From Paraspadella gotoi (taxonomy: Eukaryota > Animalia > Chaetognatha), in assembly GCA_051294375.1 (NCBI GenBank), contig JBJCIZ010000239.1, forward strand, positions 674,442 to 738,441: a stretch of 64,000 nucleotides of DNA. Reading direction: 5' to 3'. The notes under the pieces are model-generated. The model saw nothing but the letters and a program-made list of their open reading frames with translations. It made no database searches and was not told where the DNA came from. Position numbers and translations under genes: made by a program. How positions within the stretch are numbered: the stretch's first letter is position 1; every line of letters starts with the position of its first letter. Below, in pieces: positions 29,440-40,436 of the stretch.

Positions 29440-30115
29440 CCACTGAACGACCCGACCCGCCGACGCCGATGATTTAATGACGACAATTGAACGATGTTGA
29501 CACGTATGATGGAATGATGTTTCTAATGAGACCGACGGATTGATATGGACAGACGACGATGTCCTCATGATGAAGACCGACGACGATGATGATGATGAAG
29601 ACGACGATGGACGACGACGCACGACAATGACGATGTTGACGAACGATGAATGGTATGATGAAGACCGCACCTATGACACGAAATGATGATGGTGAAGACG
29701 TATGTAGATGATGTAATGCAGACGACGGACGACAACGACTAAATGAAACGATTTGACGACGGCGGATGATGAAGACTGACGACGATATGCCATGAAGACG
29801 ACGATGACGATGACGACATATGACGATGGATGATGGATGAAAGGACGATGACGACGACGATGATGAAGACGAACGACGATGATTGATGAAAGACGACGAT
29901 GACAAAGACGACGATGATTGATGAAGACGACGACGATGATTTGATGAAGACGACGATGACGACCGACGACAAATTGACGATGTCTTTTTGACGACGATTG
30001 ATGAAGACGACCGACTGATTGATGATTGAAGGACGACGACATGAGGACGACAAATGACGATCATTGTTTGACGACGATTGATGAAGACCGGCGACGATGA
30101 GGACGACGACAATTC
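29440..30115 (+). repeat. Degenerate GAC/GAT-rich tandem array (recurrent ATTGATGAAGACGAC)
   Basis: About 670 bp made almost entirely of GAC/GAT/GAA-like triplets with scattered indels. Confidence 0.85.
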
Positions 30116-31551
30116 GAAAGAGAGACGCTAGTCACGTTCTCGTCGGGGACGAAAACAGACGCGCCCTTGAATAAGGTCGCGCCCCTCGTCGAGAGCTGAG
30201 AGCGAGAGCGAGAGACACTGAGACCAGAGAAAAGATAAGAGACGGAAAGGGAGAGGAGAGAGAGAGAGAGAGAAGCAGAGAGAGAGAGGAGAGAAGAGAG
30301 AGAGAGAGATGAGAGAGAGGAGGAGACGGCGAGGAGGAGAGGCGGTCCAATAGATGAAGACGATAAAGTCGAGACAGGAATGACGAGTAGAGAGAGAGAG
30401 AAGAGAGAGGAGGAGAAGAGAGACTGAGAGAGAGAGAGAGTGAGAGAAGAAGAGAGAGGAGAGAGAGAGCGAGGGCGCGCCCCGCTAATTATAAGAAGAA
30501 TGGGAGGTTAAAATGGAAAGATGGTGAGGAAAAGGAGATGAGTTCAAATTAGATTCTACTCCATACGAAGACGGAAGTAGTTAGTTTGATCTTGAACGTT
30601 TATTTCATTTAGTTAACTGAATGTTAACTTTATTACTTATTAGAATTAGATTTTATTTGCTCCATTTTAAACTTTCTTCTTGAAAGGCAACTAAGTACAG
30701 TTGACAGTCGGAAATAGTGCCATCCATCTTTTCACAAGAAAAGTCATTAACTTCACGAACTTACTCTAAAGTCAACCGCAAACTTCACTGCAAATCTCAT
30801 AAAACTGGGTCATGTTTCTCCACCAGACGACTCACCCGATGATTTTCACGTCCGTCCATTTTCATTTCTGACCGAAAAAAAAAGATTAAAAAATAAATAA
30901 AAAAGAAAAAGAAAAAAAAAGTTGACCCAATTTCTCTCTCGTTTTTCCATTTATTTGATCGAAGAAACAATTGGCCGCCGCTGCCGGCAGCCGCCGCAGC
31001 CGCCCCAGCCCCCGCCGCCGCCGCCAAATCCTAATTACGAACAATATTCGATCGCCGATGGCGAAGTATTCGACGGCGTTGTCCTGCTTTTTTCTGCTTC
31101 CAACGAAGATACGTATCAGTTCGGCATTGGCTGCTCCACTAGAAACGTCGCTCCTCTTTAGATCGCTTGGATTTTTTTTTCTCGGCGTCGCTTGGAAAAT
31201 TAAAAAAATATTTACTTTGAACTCCTTCTTTTTTTTAGTGTGGAGCTTCTCAATAGAGCCATCGGGGACTTTGTATTAGTTTTTGCTAGTGTCTCTAGAT
31301 CAAAACTAATATAAAACAAACAAAAAAACTTTTTTTTCGATACTCAAATCGCACGTTTCTCATTGAGAACAAAACCTTTATTGGTATGACTACTCTCCAA
31401 GATTTATAATGATACAGCAACTCTTAAGATTCCATTTCTAGTCGCCTGCAAGACTTTCATTCCAAAGCTCCTCTTGAGATGGACTCTTCTTTCGTCGCTC
31501 CCGTAAAATACCTCGTTTCCGCCTTTCGACTTTCGACGCAGGAACCAAATC

Positions 31552-31605
<54 letters not shown>

Positions 31606-31619
31606 TCTCTTCTTTCTCT

Positions 31620-31650
<31 letters not shown>

Positions 31651-32041
31651 TTCCTCTCTCTCTCTCTCTTCTTCTCTCTCTCTCTCTCTTTCTCTCTCTC
31701 TCCTCTCTCCTCTCTCTCTCTCTCTTCTCACACACGATTTTTTCACAATTTCACACGTCGTCGTCGCGTCGTCGTCGTCGTTCGTCGTCGTCTGTTCGGT
31801 CGTCTCGTTCGTCTCGTCGTCGGTCGTTCGTCGTCGTCGTCGTCCGTCGGGATTTGAGTTCCGCGGAAAAAATTTGGGTCAGTTTTTCTTCGACTGGACG
31901 GATTCTTTTCTTTCTCGGTTTTTGTCCTATCGGAATGAGGAGGAGAGGAGATAGAGATAGAGACGGAGAGGGGAGAATGGAGAGAGAAGAGAGAGGAGAG
32001 AGAAGAGAGAGGAAAGAGAGAGACGAGAGAAGAGAAATGAT

Positions 32042-32082
<41 letters not shown>

Positions 32083-32162
32083 GAGGAGAGACGGCGCGTT
32101 CTTACTGCGACGAGACGTCGTTTGAATCGGATTGGAATTGAGCGGAATTAGTTAAGAAAAAA

Positions 32163-32195
<33 letters not shown>

Positions 32196-32373
32196 AGAAG
32201 AGAGAAGAGAGAGGATCCGAGAAGAAGAGAGAGGAGAGAAAGAGGGAGAGAGATGAGAGCACGAGAGACTGGANNNNNNNNNNNNNNNNNNNNNNNNNNN
32301 NNNNNNNNNNNNNNNNNNNNNNNNNNNNNNNNNNNNNNNNNNNNNNNNNNNNNNNNNNNNNNNNNNNNNNNNN

Positions 32374-33175
32374 TCTTTCCTTTACTGTCTTTCCTCTTCT
32401 CTCCTTTTCTCTCCCGGACTTCTTTCTTTTACTGTCTTCCCTATTCTCTCCTTTTCTCCCCAAAGACTTCTTTCCTTTACTGTCTTCCTATTCTCTCCTT
32501 TTCTCCCCCGAGACTTCTTTCCCGCTCTTCTTTCCTTTACTGTCTTTCCTCTTCTCTCCTTTTCTCCCCCAGACTTCTTTTCCTCTTACTGTCTTCCCTT
32601 TCTCCTCCCTTTTCTCCCCCGAGACTGCTTCATCCTCTTCTTCTTTTTTACTGTCTTTCCTCTTCTCTCCTTTTCTCCCCCAGACTTTTTCCTTTACTGT
32701 CTTCCCATTCTCTCCTTTCTCCCCGAACTTTCTTTCCCTCTTCTTGTCTTTCCTTCTCTCTTCTCCTATTCTCTCCCTTTTCTCCCCCGACTTCTTTCCT
32801 CCCTCTTCTTTCCTTTACTGTATTTTCCTCTTCTCTCCTTTTATCCCCAGACTTCTTTCCATCCCTCTTCTTTCCTTTACTGTCTTTCCTCTTCTCTGCC
32901 TTTTCTCTCCCGGACTTTTTTCCTTTACTGTCTTTCCTCTTCTCTCCTTTTCTCCCCAGACTTTTTCTTCTCGTCTTTAACTACTGTCTTTCCTCTTCTC
33001 GTCCTTTTCTCTCAGCGAGACTTATCTTTCCTTTACTGTCTTTCCTCTTCTCTCCTTTTCTCCCCCGGACTTCTTTCCTTTACTGTCTTCCCTAATCTCT
33101 CCTTTTCTTCCCCAGACTTCTTTTCTTCCCTCTTCTTTCCTTTACTGTCTTTCCTCTTCTCTCCTTTTCTCCCCC
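32374..33175. repeat. Pyrimidine-rich minisatellite, ~40-60-bp unit
   Basis: Repeated TTTCCTTTACTGTCTTTCCTCTTCTCTCCTTTTCTCCCCCAGACTTC. Confidence 0.9.
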
Positions 33176-33699
33176 CTCACCTCCCTTTCTTCCCCTTTTC
33201 CTCCAAACTTCATTCCTCGTTGTTTGCATATAAAACCATCATTCACTCTCCCGGCTCAAGGTTCGAGCTTTATCCGCCGGGCACGCCTCGTTTCCATCTC
33301 CCCCGCTGCGAGCTCAAACTCTCTTCGATATATACACCTTTCTCCGTTTTTTTCTTCGGTTGCGCCGCGAGCACTCGCGGTGATACTCTTTTTTTTGGTC
33401 AGTCGGTCAGAATTTGAAGGGCTGAAATTTTTGATCGATTGGTCAATACAAATCTTTCTTTTTTTGTTGCGTTGAGAGTAATTACGAAGTTACAGATCTG
33501 CTCAAAAAAAGTTTAAGCTTTGAACCCCCTACTATCTCGCTTGTCGGTTGTCCTATTAATTAAATGTTAGATTAAATATTATTGAGGCTGTGCTAAAATA
33601 AAAAAAAAGGATCAAAATTGTGACTTACAATCTTCTTTTTTTGTGAAAAAAAAAATTGTATCCATCTTTGTTTTATTTTTTTTTGTTTGTTTTTTTACC

Positions 33700-33776
33700 A
33701 TGGAAACTTTAAAACAGCTAAACCCCCCAAAAAAGCTGCAATTGTTGAGTTTTGGAAGACGGGTTTGTCAAGATAG
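33700..33776 (+). pseudogene. Tc1 transposase N-terminus (5' part, before the Gypsy insertion)
   Basis: ATG at 33700, then after a frameshift AAIVEFWKTGLSR. This continues as IAQQL... at 41565, giving the Tc1 G.S...IA..L helix-turn-helix. Confidence 0.7.
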
Positions 33777-34110
33777 CATTTAAGTAAGCAGACAGGGATT
33801 TCAATATGAAACCAAGTGGAATTTTATTATCAGAAAATAGACAAGAGAAGACGGTGTCAATTTTCAAACAGAGTGAATCAAAGCAGAAACAGAGGCTATT
33901 TATAATGGCGCAAGTAGACGAAGCCAGTTTCCTCTTCGGAATCCTCCTCTTCCTCTTCTGGAACCTTCTTTTCCTCTTCCGGAAACTATTGTTCCTTTTC
34001 TGGATTTGGCTTCCAAAATCCTTCGAAAATCATTCCAGAATCTTCTTCCTCTTCCGGAATCCTCTCCTTAATCCTTTCCTCTGTTTCCGGGTTTCATTCA
34101 TCTGTGATGC
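33777..34110 (-). repeat. Probable full 3' LTR (U3 with repeated TTCCGGAAGAGGAA motifs, TATAAAT, AATAAA)
   Basis: Begins just after the PPT. Its last ~132 bp match 41431-41563 with one indel. Confidence 0.65.
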
Positions 34111-34111
34111 G

Positions 34112-34123
34112 TCCCCCCTCCTC
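34112..34123 (-). promoter_or_regulatory. Polypurine tract
   Basis: Minus strand GAGGAGGGGGGA, downstream of the pol stop and upstream of the terminal repeat. Confidence 0.6.
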
Positions 34124-34517
34124 AGACGACGGCGTACGTGGTCAGTCGGTAGCCGAGTGAGTGCTGTTTTGTAATTTTTTGTTTTTGTTCCTTTTTTTAT
34201 TATCTGAGAAGGGTGAGGCGTTTTTTTTTGCTATTGTCATCGTCGCGAATTTCCTCTTGGCGATTCCATGGTTGTAAGAGAAAATCGGTCCCCTTTGTTC
34301 TCTATATTCCCGATCTACTTAGTACAATATTGATTTGGTATCCTTTTGAAAGATTGTATCGTTGTTGTCGTCATTTTGGAAGAGATTTTTTTTTTGTGAT
34401 TTTCTTTAGTTTTACGAAATTTGGTTTTTTAATTTTTAGTTGTTTATTTGTTTTGGTTTCTACAGCTGCGGTTTTTATCTATGACTAATTTTACATTTTC
34501 CTTGTGTGGGTGTCGAG

Positions 34518-37500
34518 TTAGCGCGCTGCCTCCCCCACATGCAGCTTTAGCCGGCGCCTGTGGTATTTCATGTTTTTCCCGGCGATTGAAACCACGTAAT
34601 GGTTTCCGTCTCTCTCGATCACCTTATGGGGGCCGGAGTATATCCGTTTGACCTTGTTTTCTGTTGGTGCTGCACTGGACATGATAAGGTCACGTCTGGT
34701 AAGCACCAGGTCGCCCACTTTGATCTCCTGGGGGCGCCTGTAAGGATTTGTCCTTGCTGATTGGCGAAAAAGTTTTTCTCTCTGTTCTGCCAGCTTTTCT
34801 TGTGCTTTTTCTTGCTTGTCTGCCCTTTGTCGGATGAAGTCAATGAGGTTTCTCTTAGTATAGTCGTCTGCGCTCTCAACAATTCTAGGTCTGTGTCCAA
34901 ATTGTATTTCATAAGGCGACATGTCTGTCTTCCAACCGACAATGGGTGTGGCATTCAGGAGCAGCATAAGATGTGGGATTTGTTCTAGCCATTTTCTAGG
35001 TTGGTCTTCTACAGCCTTGCGCAGAGCCTGGCGGATTCGGCCAATGTCCCTTTCGGCTCTGTTGCTGTCTTTCCTTCCCACAAGCACCCGCCTGCTGACT
35101 GTATCAAGCAGGTTTAGAATTGACGTCATCGCAGTGCCATTGAGCTGAGTGGCGCCATCAAAATTGACCTCAAGGTATGCGCCATGTTGTAGAAAAATCT
35201 TTTCGTCAAGAGCCTTGACTATGGTTGCTGCATCTGCTCGGCGCAGTGGAATTGCCCATGTGTAGGCAGATGCATTGTCTGATGCAACTAACATGTAATG
35301 GAATCCTGCAGCTGGCGGGAGATGCATCACATCAATGCTTAGAGACTCCCATGGGGCGATGGCCAGGTTGGGTGCTGATGGAGTCTCGTTGTTTCTTTGT
35401 CCATCGGTTGCTTTTGCGCAGTTGTCGCAGTTCCTGACGCACCTTGCTGCGGCTGTTGATAGTCCAGGGGCTGAAATGTACTGGGCAGTGATAAATGCCG
35501 TTCTATCTCGACCTGGGTGTCCAAGGTGTTTGTGCAGTTTTGTTGTTATCTCCTCAGCTCGTGTTGGTGGAACAACGAACTTGGTTGTGGGGGTGTCACC
35601 TTTGAAGCCCTTGATGACTAGGATTCCATTGTCAGTGACATCAAGATCGGGGAAGCAGTTTGACAGGTATCTTTCCGTGATAGTTCGCCTCTTCTGCATT
35701 TTTTCTTCAAGTTTCCTCCTTGCTTGTTCACGGTCCCCTTTGATTAGAGCATCTACCATTAACTTGATAGTTTCATCCTCCTTCTGCCACTTCTTGACCT
35801 CAGCAGCTATAGGTATCATCCCATCAACTTTTCCCTGGGGTCTGGTGGCTTCCTCAGCCATTTCTGCCTCAGTTGCATCAATGTCGGCTTCAAGGGTGCT
35901 GTCGATCATTAATTCACCCCTTGCCCCTGGCCAATTTGTATTGATGGTCTCAATGGCTGCACTGCTTTTCTCTTCTCTGGGGCAGGGCTCTGGTGGTGAA
36001 GGAGGCTCTTGGGTCTGAGTTTGGAGGCTTGTTTCTATTTGGATGTTAACAAGGTCTTCTGGTAGGGTATTGATATGATGGGTGTTGACCTGTAGGTGTC
36101 TCGGTCTTTCCAGTTTTTCAGGTTGTTTGAGGGTTGCTACTTCGATGGTTTGAACTGGTCCATTGTGAATAGGGCGTTGCTGCAGCTGGTTGATTAGACT
36201 GACTTGGCCAGTTATGGTCCGGAAAATCCTCATTTCTCTGTCGCAATTGCCTGCATCGTACACTCTTTCAAATTTACAGCCAGCCTCTTGTGTAGAATCC
36301 TCGTCCATCATGATGATCCTGATGCCTGTCATCTCACTCAGGAGTTCCAGTTCAGGGTGACCAAGGCTCCAATCCTTGGCTGATATTGTCCTGATGAATG
36401 TGTTTACATCCTTTGTTTTGGGTTTGCCATAAAGCTTCATCATATTGTCTCTTCTCTCGGCAAATCTTTGTCGTACAAATTCAAAGAACTTTGCCCTGAA
36501 AGCCTTGGTTTCCTCCAGGAGGGTCTGCGCCATTAGTGCAAGTGTGGGGGCATGCCCTGTTACCAGGTCTAAGTGATCTGGTGTGCCGTAACCCTCCACT
36601 GGGTTTTCAGCAAAACCTGGCTCATATTCCCCATTCACGTCGAATCCAGCAGGGAAGAAGGGCGTATCTAGTGGGGTGACCTGACCCTGTTCTGTGAAGC
36701 GGGTGAGAAAGTCAGCCGGATTTTCTGCACTCTTGACAAGGATGACCTCTTTTGGTTGGCACTCCTGGCGGATTTCTGTAATCCATCTCAAAACATTCGT
36801 GGGGAGCAGTTGCTGCTTGTCATGTTGAAGATCCATAACCCTCTTGAAGTATTGAGAATCTGTAACGAGTGTAACCCTCCTGCCACAGGTGTATCCCTTG
36901 AATTTCCTAATCATCATGTTGAAGGCTAGGGTCTCGAGAATGTTGATATGTTTTATCCTGTATTCTTCCGGGAAAGACTTTGAATGGAAGGACAGTGGAT
37001 ATTCAATGCCATCGGCAGTAGCAGTTATTAATCCACCCATTGCACTTGTGCTTGCATCTGCATAAATTCGATAGGTTCCATTCTTGATACGGACGTCATT
37101 TAAGAAATTCAGTCCGGGCGAGGCCTTGATTTCTTCTACCAGCTGCTGAAGCATTAGCAAGTGTTGGCTGGTTAGCTTGAAGTCCCTCTTATCCAATAGA
37201 GTTAGTGCGTGGAGGGGTTGGGCTATGTAGGAGAAGCGGTGGGTGAAGCATCTGTAATAGTTTAGTGATGCTAGCATTGCCCTCAGCTCTTTCTGGGTTT
37301 TGAGGGTCTTGAGTTTGACTTCTACCGCTTCCAGCTTCTCCTTTTGAGGCATGAGCTTGTTCTTGGAGATGCTGAACCCCAAGATCTTGATGTCCTCTTT
37401 CCGGAGCAAGACGCTTTTTGTCCATTTGAGGACCACATTCTCATCCCTGCATCTTTGAAGTAGGTATCGGAGTCTTTCTGCCATGTCCTCTGGTGATTTG

Positions 37501-40436
37501 GCTGTGAGGATTAGGTCATCAACATACACCAGAAAGCTTTTGACATCGGTTCCCAAGTCCTTAAAGATCTCGTCCAGGATGGCTTGGAGGACATTGACGC
37601 TATTGACACCTCCCATTGGCAGCTTATTCATCCANNNNNNNNNNCCAGCTCCGGCAAAGGTTGTGACAGGCTTGCACCTGTCCGTCAAGTTGACCTGATG
37701 GAAGCAAGCTAAGATATCCACGGAGCATTGCAGCTCATGCGGCTTGTATTGCTCTAAGATGGATGTAATTGTTTGGGGTTCGGTAGCGTATGTGGAGATA
37801 TTGTTGTTGACTGTTGAGAGATCGCAGATGAGCCTCCACTGCTTGGCAAAAGTCTCGTCATTCATTTCGTCTTGGCCTTCGGATATATGTCCTGGCTTCT
37901 TTATAAGAAAAGCATTTGAATATGCCTCATTCCTTGTTCTTGACACGATGCCAGCCTTCTCATAGACCTCAAGGTACCTTTTTAAGGCTGCCTTCTTGAC
38001 TGGCCCCTGATTTACAAATTTCGGTTTTGGGAGGTCGTCGTCAGTGTATCCTAGATCCACCTTATAGTTTAGAAAACCTTCCTTGCAGTCATTGATGGTC
38101 TCTCCAAAAACGTCGCGAAATTCCCACACTATTTCCCATACTAGTGGGGCTTTTTCCTTTAGACTTGGATCCACATCTTTGAAGGGTTTTAAGAAGGCCT
38201 CTTTTCCACGGTTGTCGTGCTTTTGTCGCCTTTTTTGGCGGGCCTCCTCAACTGCTTTTAGTTCCTCCAGGGTGGGTTTGTGGCGGACTATGGTAGTAGC
38301 TGGAATGTGATCTTTTCTGACTTTCCTTAGGAGAGGCTTTTCTCCGGTTAGGTCAGCTTGAACCGGTTCTGCTGTGGCTTCAGTTTCAAGTCCAAGGTCC
38401 ATTTTGGCATCATTGGTTATGAGTGGGCGTGCCTGGCCCCATGGCCCTGGTTCAGCATCAATCTCCACTCCTTCCCTCAGTTGATTGCCATCGGCAATGT
38501 GGATACTGCTTCCATTCTTGGATTCCACAATCCACCTTGTTCCTGCTAGTGTTTTCCNNNNNNNNNNGCTGGATGTGATTTTAGCTCTTCCTTCAGCATT
38601 GAATTCGGCATGTAGAGGTACAGTGGTGTACTCATCCACGCTTCCATGCGCCAGCCACCTTGCTGCTTTGAGTGCCTCATATTTGTCTCTGAAAAGATGG
38701 GTAACAGGCTTGTTCCCCATTGAGGCAACTTGTAAGTCACTCCTTTGGTTGGATGGCTGAACAACCCATAATTGTTCTGGGGGACCAGGATTGGTGATTG
38801 CTGTTCCAATTATGATGTCCTGGTCATTTTCATCTGCCGAGACATAAAAGACGGTACGGAGCACCCACTTCTGGAACATCACTCGCAGGTTTATCCTTTC
38901 AGTCAAGGTTATGGAGCCAGTTGCTGTAGACAGGTGCAATGGGGTTCCATGGTAAATGTTGCCTGAGAGGGACCATTTTTCAATGAATTTTCTTGGGATC
39001 GTGTTGATGGAGGCGCCTGTGTCATATAAACAGCTGGCTGGGGCTCCCGCAATTACTGCTGGGATATAGCTGTTTTTTCCAGTGTGACAGGCCTTTCCAG
39101 TGTCATCCCTCGGTTCTGGTCCTTCATTTCCATTTATTATGTTGGTGATCCTTTCAGGAAGACTGGGCATCTCCTTTTCATCCTTAGTGGTCTCTGAGGT
39201 GGCTTGTGGAGTGAGGAAGAACTCTGGCTGGTGGCACTCCAGCTCCACCCGCCTGATGGTTGCCTGATGAAGAGATTCGCCCATTTGTTCCCCAGCTACG
39301 ATTTGGTAGGTTGGGTTGTTTAAGGTTCCAGTGGGTCGAAGCTTCCTAAGGCTTGGCTTCTCCCCACGTTTGACTGGGTTTGGCCTATTCTTTTGTTTGT
39401 TTGCTTGGCCAGCGTCCCCGGTTGGGCTTGGTTTGGGTTCTAGAGTTTGGCAAGGATGTGGGTTGAGCTCCTGGCTTAGGCTTGTGGGGCTTAAGTTGAC
39501 CGTAGGGCGCGGTTTTGGATGCCGATCCTCTTCCCTACTTGCTCTTCTGAATAGCTTGGCGCAGGCTTTGGACCTTGTGATGATGGCCCTCCTGCCAGAG
39601 TTATCCATTTCTCCCCACTCTTTCCAGCCTAATTTATGCAGGTGTTTGCTGGCGAGGGCCAGCTCCTTTGCTTCAAGAGGTTTGAACAGTTTGAACATTC
39701 GAGATGCTGTTGATTTTCCNNNNNNNNNNTTTGCTATTTCAGCAATTGATTTTATTTTTATATTTTGATTTTTGTTGACACCTTGTGTGTTTACTCCCAT
39801 GATTTTTTTTCCAAGTGTTTGATATGTTTCTTTTAATTGTTGTTGTAGTTCTTTTTCAATCCTTGCCCTTTTGTTTAAAACACGGCCATCATCTTTTTTG
39901 GCATCAAGTTCATGGGACAATTGAATGTCCCGTCTTTGTCCAAACAAGGGGCCTTTCTTGCCTTTTCTCTCTATAAGCAAGTTGTTTTCCCTTTTACTTT
40001 TCCATTCATGGTTTTCATTGTATGCCTTCTTTTTATATGAGCATTCAGAGCTGCGTCGCTCTTGGCGTTCTTGGTGGTGGTATTGGGTAGTCGGATTTTG
40101 CCTGGCTAGCGTCTTTAGCTCCTCCATGTTTTCTTTCAGGTTTTTGAGTTTCTGGAGCGTTGAACCCTGGTAAAAGGCACTGGCATCGGAGATTGGGTCC
40201 TGAACAGTGCAGTCTTCAAGCACCAGGGNNNNNNNNNNNNNNNNNNGGTTGTCCTCTGAGATTGTTTTTCGGATGGCATTGTTGGGATTTCTTTTGAGGT
40301 ATCCACGGAGTTTGTATTCAATGATTTTTCCAAGTTGTCGGAGTTCTCCTTTCTCCAGCATCTGGGTCCACTCTAGTGTTTCAGATGTGATGCCGGGGAC
40401 ATAGGGTTCAAGGGCCTCCACAAGCATTTGGGCCAC
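34518..40436 (-). CDS. pol: Gag(C-terminal)-Pol polyprotein: aspartic protease, reverse transcriptase, RNase H, OTU-like insert, integrase (HHCC, DDE, GPY/F)
   Basis: Protease LYDTGAS (~39015-39023). RT WRLICDL, LPMG and YVDD (37515-37526). RNase H IYADAS..VTDS..ADFLTR (~36695-37075). Integrase HKHLGH..CDNC, SIDV/NFDG/RAER, and KVGDLVL..YSGPHKV. Short N gaps could hide frameshifts. Confidence 0.95.
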   Translation of the reverse strand: MAQMLVEALEPYVPGITSETLEWTQMLEKGELRQLGKIIEYKLRGYLKRNPNNAIRKTISEDNXXXXXXXLVLEDCTVQDPISDASAFYQGSTLQKLKNLKENMEELKTLARQNPTTQYHHQERQERRSSECSYKKKAYNENHEWKSKRENNLLIERKGKKGPLFGQRRDIQLSHELDAKKDDGRVLNKRARIEKELQQQLKETYQTLGKKIMGVNTQGVNKNQNIKIKSIAEIAXXXXGKSTASRMFKLFKPLEAKELALASKHLHKLGWKEWGEMDNSGRRAIITRSKACAKLFRRASREEDRHPKPRPTVNLSPTSLSQELNPHPCQTLEPKPSPTGDAGQANKQKNRPNPVKRGEKPSLRKLRPTGTLNNPTYQIVAGEQMGESLHQATIRRVELECHQPEFFLTPQATSETTKDEKEMPSLPERITNIINGNEGPEPRDDTGKACHTGKNSYIPAVIAGAPASCLYDTGASINTIPRKFIEKWSLSGNIYHGTPLHLSTATGSITLTERINLRVMFQKWVLRTVFYVSADENDQDIIIGTAITNPGPPEQLWVVQPSNQRSDLQVASMGNKPVTHLFRDKYEALKAARWLAHGSVDEYTTVPLHAEFNAEGRAKITSSXXXXKTLAGTRWIVESKNGSSIHIADGNQLREGVEIDAEPGPWGQARPLITNDAKMDLGLETEATAEPVQADLTGEKPLLRKVRKDHIPATTIVRHKPTLEELKAVEEARQKRRQKHDNRGKEAFLKPFKDVDPSLKEKAPLVWEIVWEFRDVFGETINDCKEGFLNYKVDLGYTDDDLPKPKFVNQGPVKKAALKRYLEVYEKAGIVSRTRNEAYSNAFLIKKPGHISEGQDEMNDETFAKQWRLICDLSTVNNNISTYATEPQTITSILEQYKPHELQCSVDILACFHQVNLTDRCKPVTTFAGAXXXXWMNKLPMGGVNSVNVLQAILDEIFKDLGTDVKSFLVYVDDLILTAKSPEDMAERLRYLLQRCRDENVVLKWTKSVLLRKEDIKILGFSISKNKLMPQKEKLEAVEVKLKTLKTQKELRAMLASLNYYRCFTHRFSYIAQPLHALTLLDKRDFKLTSQHLLMLQQLVEEIKASPGLNFLNDVRIKNGTYRIYADASTSAMGGLITATADGIEYPLSFHSKSFPEEYRIKHINILETLAFNMMIRKFKGYTCGRRVTLVTDSQYFKRVMDLQHDKQQLLPTNVLRWITEIRQECQPKEVILVKSAENPADFLTRFTEQGQVTPLDTPFFPAGFDVNGEYEPGFAENPVEGYGTPDHLDLVTGHAPTLALMAQTLLEETKAFRAKFFEFVRQRFAERRDNMMKLYGKPKTKDVNTFIRTISAKDWSLGHPELELLSEMTGIRIIMMDEDSTQEAGCKFERVYDAGNCDREMRIFRTITGQVSLINQLQQRPIHNGPVQTIEVATLKQPEKLERPRHLQVNTHHINTLPEDLVNIQIETSLQTQTQEPPSPPEPCPREEKSSAAIETINTNWPGARGELMIDSTLEADIDATEAEMAEEATRPQGKVDGMIPIAAEVKKWQKEDETIKLMVDALIKGDREQARRKLEEKMQKRRTITERYLSNCFPDLDVTDNGILVIKGFKGDTPTTKFVVPPTRAEEITTKLHKHLGHPGRDRTAFITAQYISAPGLSTAAARCVRNCDNCAKATDGQRNNETPSAPNLAIAPWESLSIDVMHLPPAAGFHYMLVASDNASAYTWAIPLRRADAATIVKALDEKIFLQHGAYLEVNFDGATQLNGTAMTSILNLLDTVSRRVLVGRKDSNRAERDIGRIRQALRKAVEDQPRKWLEQIPHLMLLLNATPIVGWKTDMSPYEIQFGHRPRIVESADDYTKRNLIDFIRQRADKQEKAQEKLAEQREKLFRQSARTNPYRRPQEIKVGDLVLTRRDLIMSSAAPTENKVKRIYSGPHKVIERDGNHYVVSIAGKNMKYHRRRLKLHVGEAAR

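Noticed and set aside
35335-36018. Plus-strand 227-aa ORF and other short ORFs overlapping pol
   Set aside because: Antisense shadows of the polyprotein.
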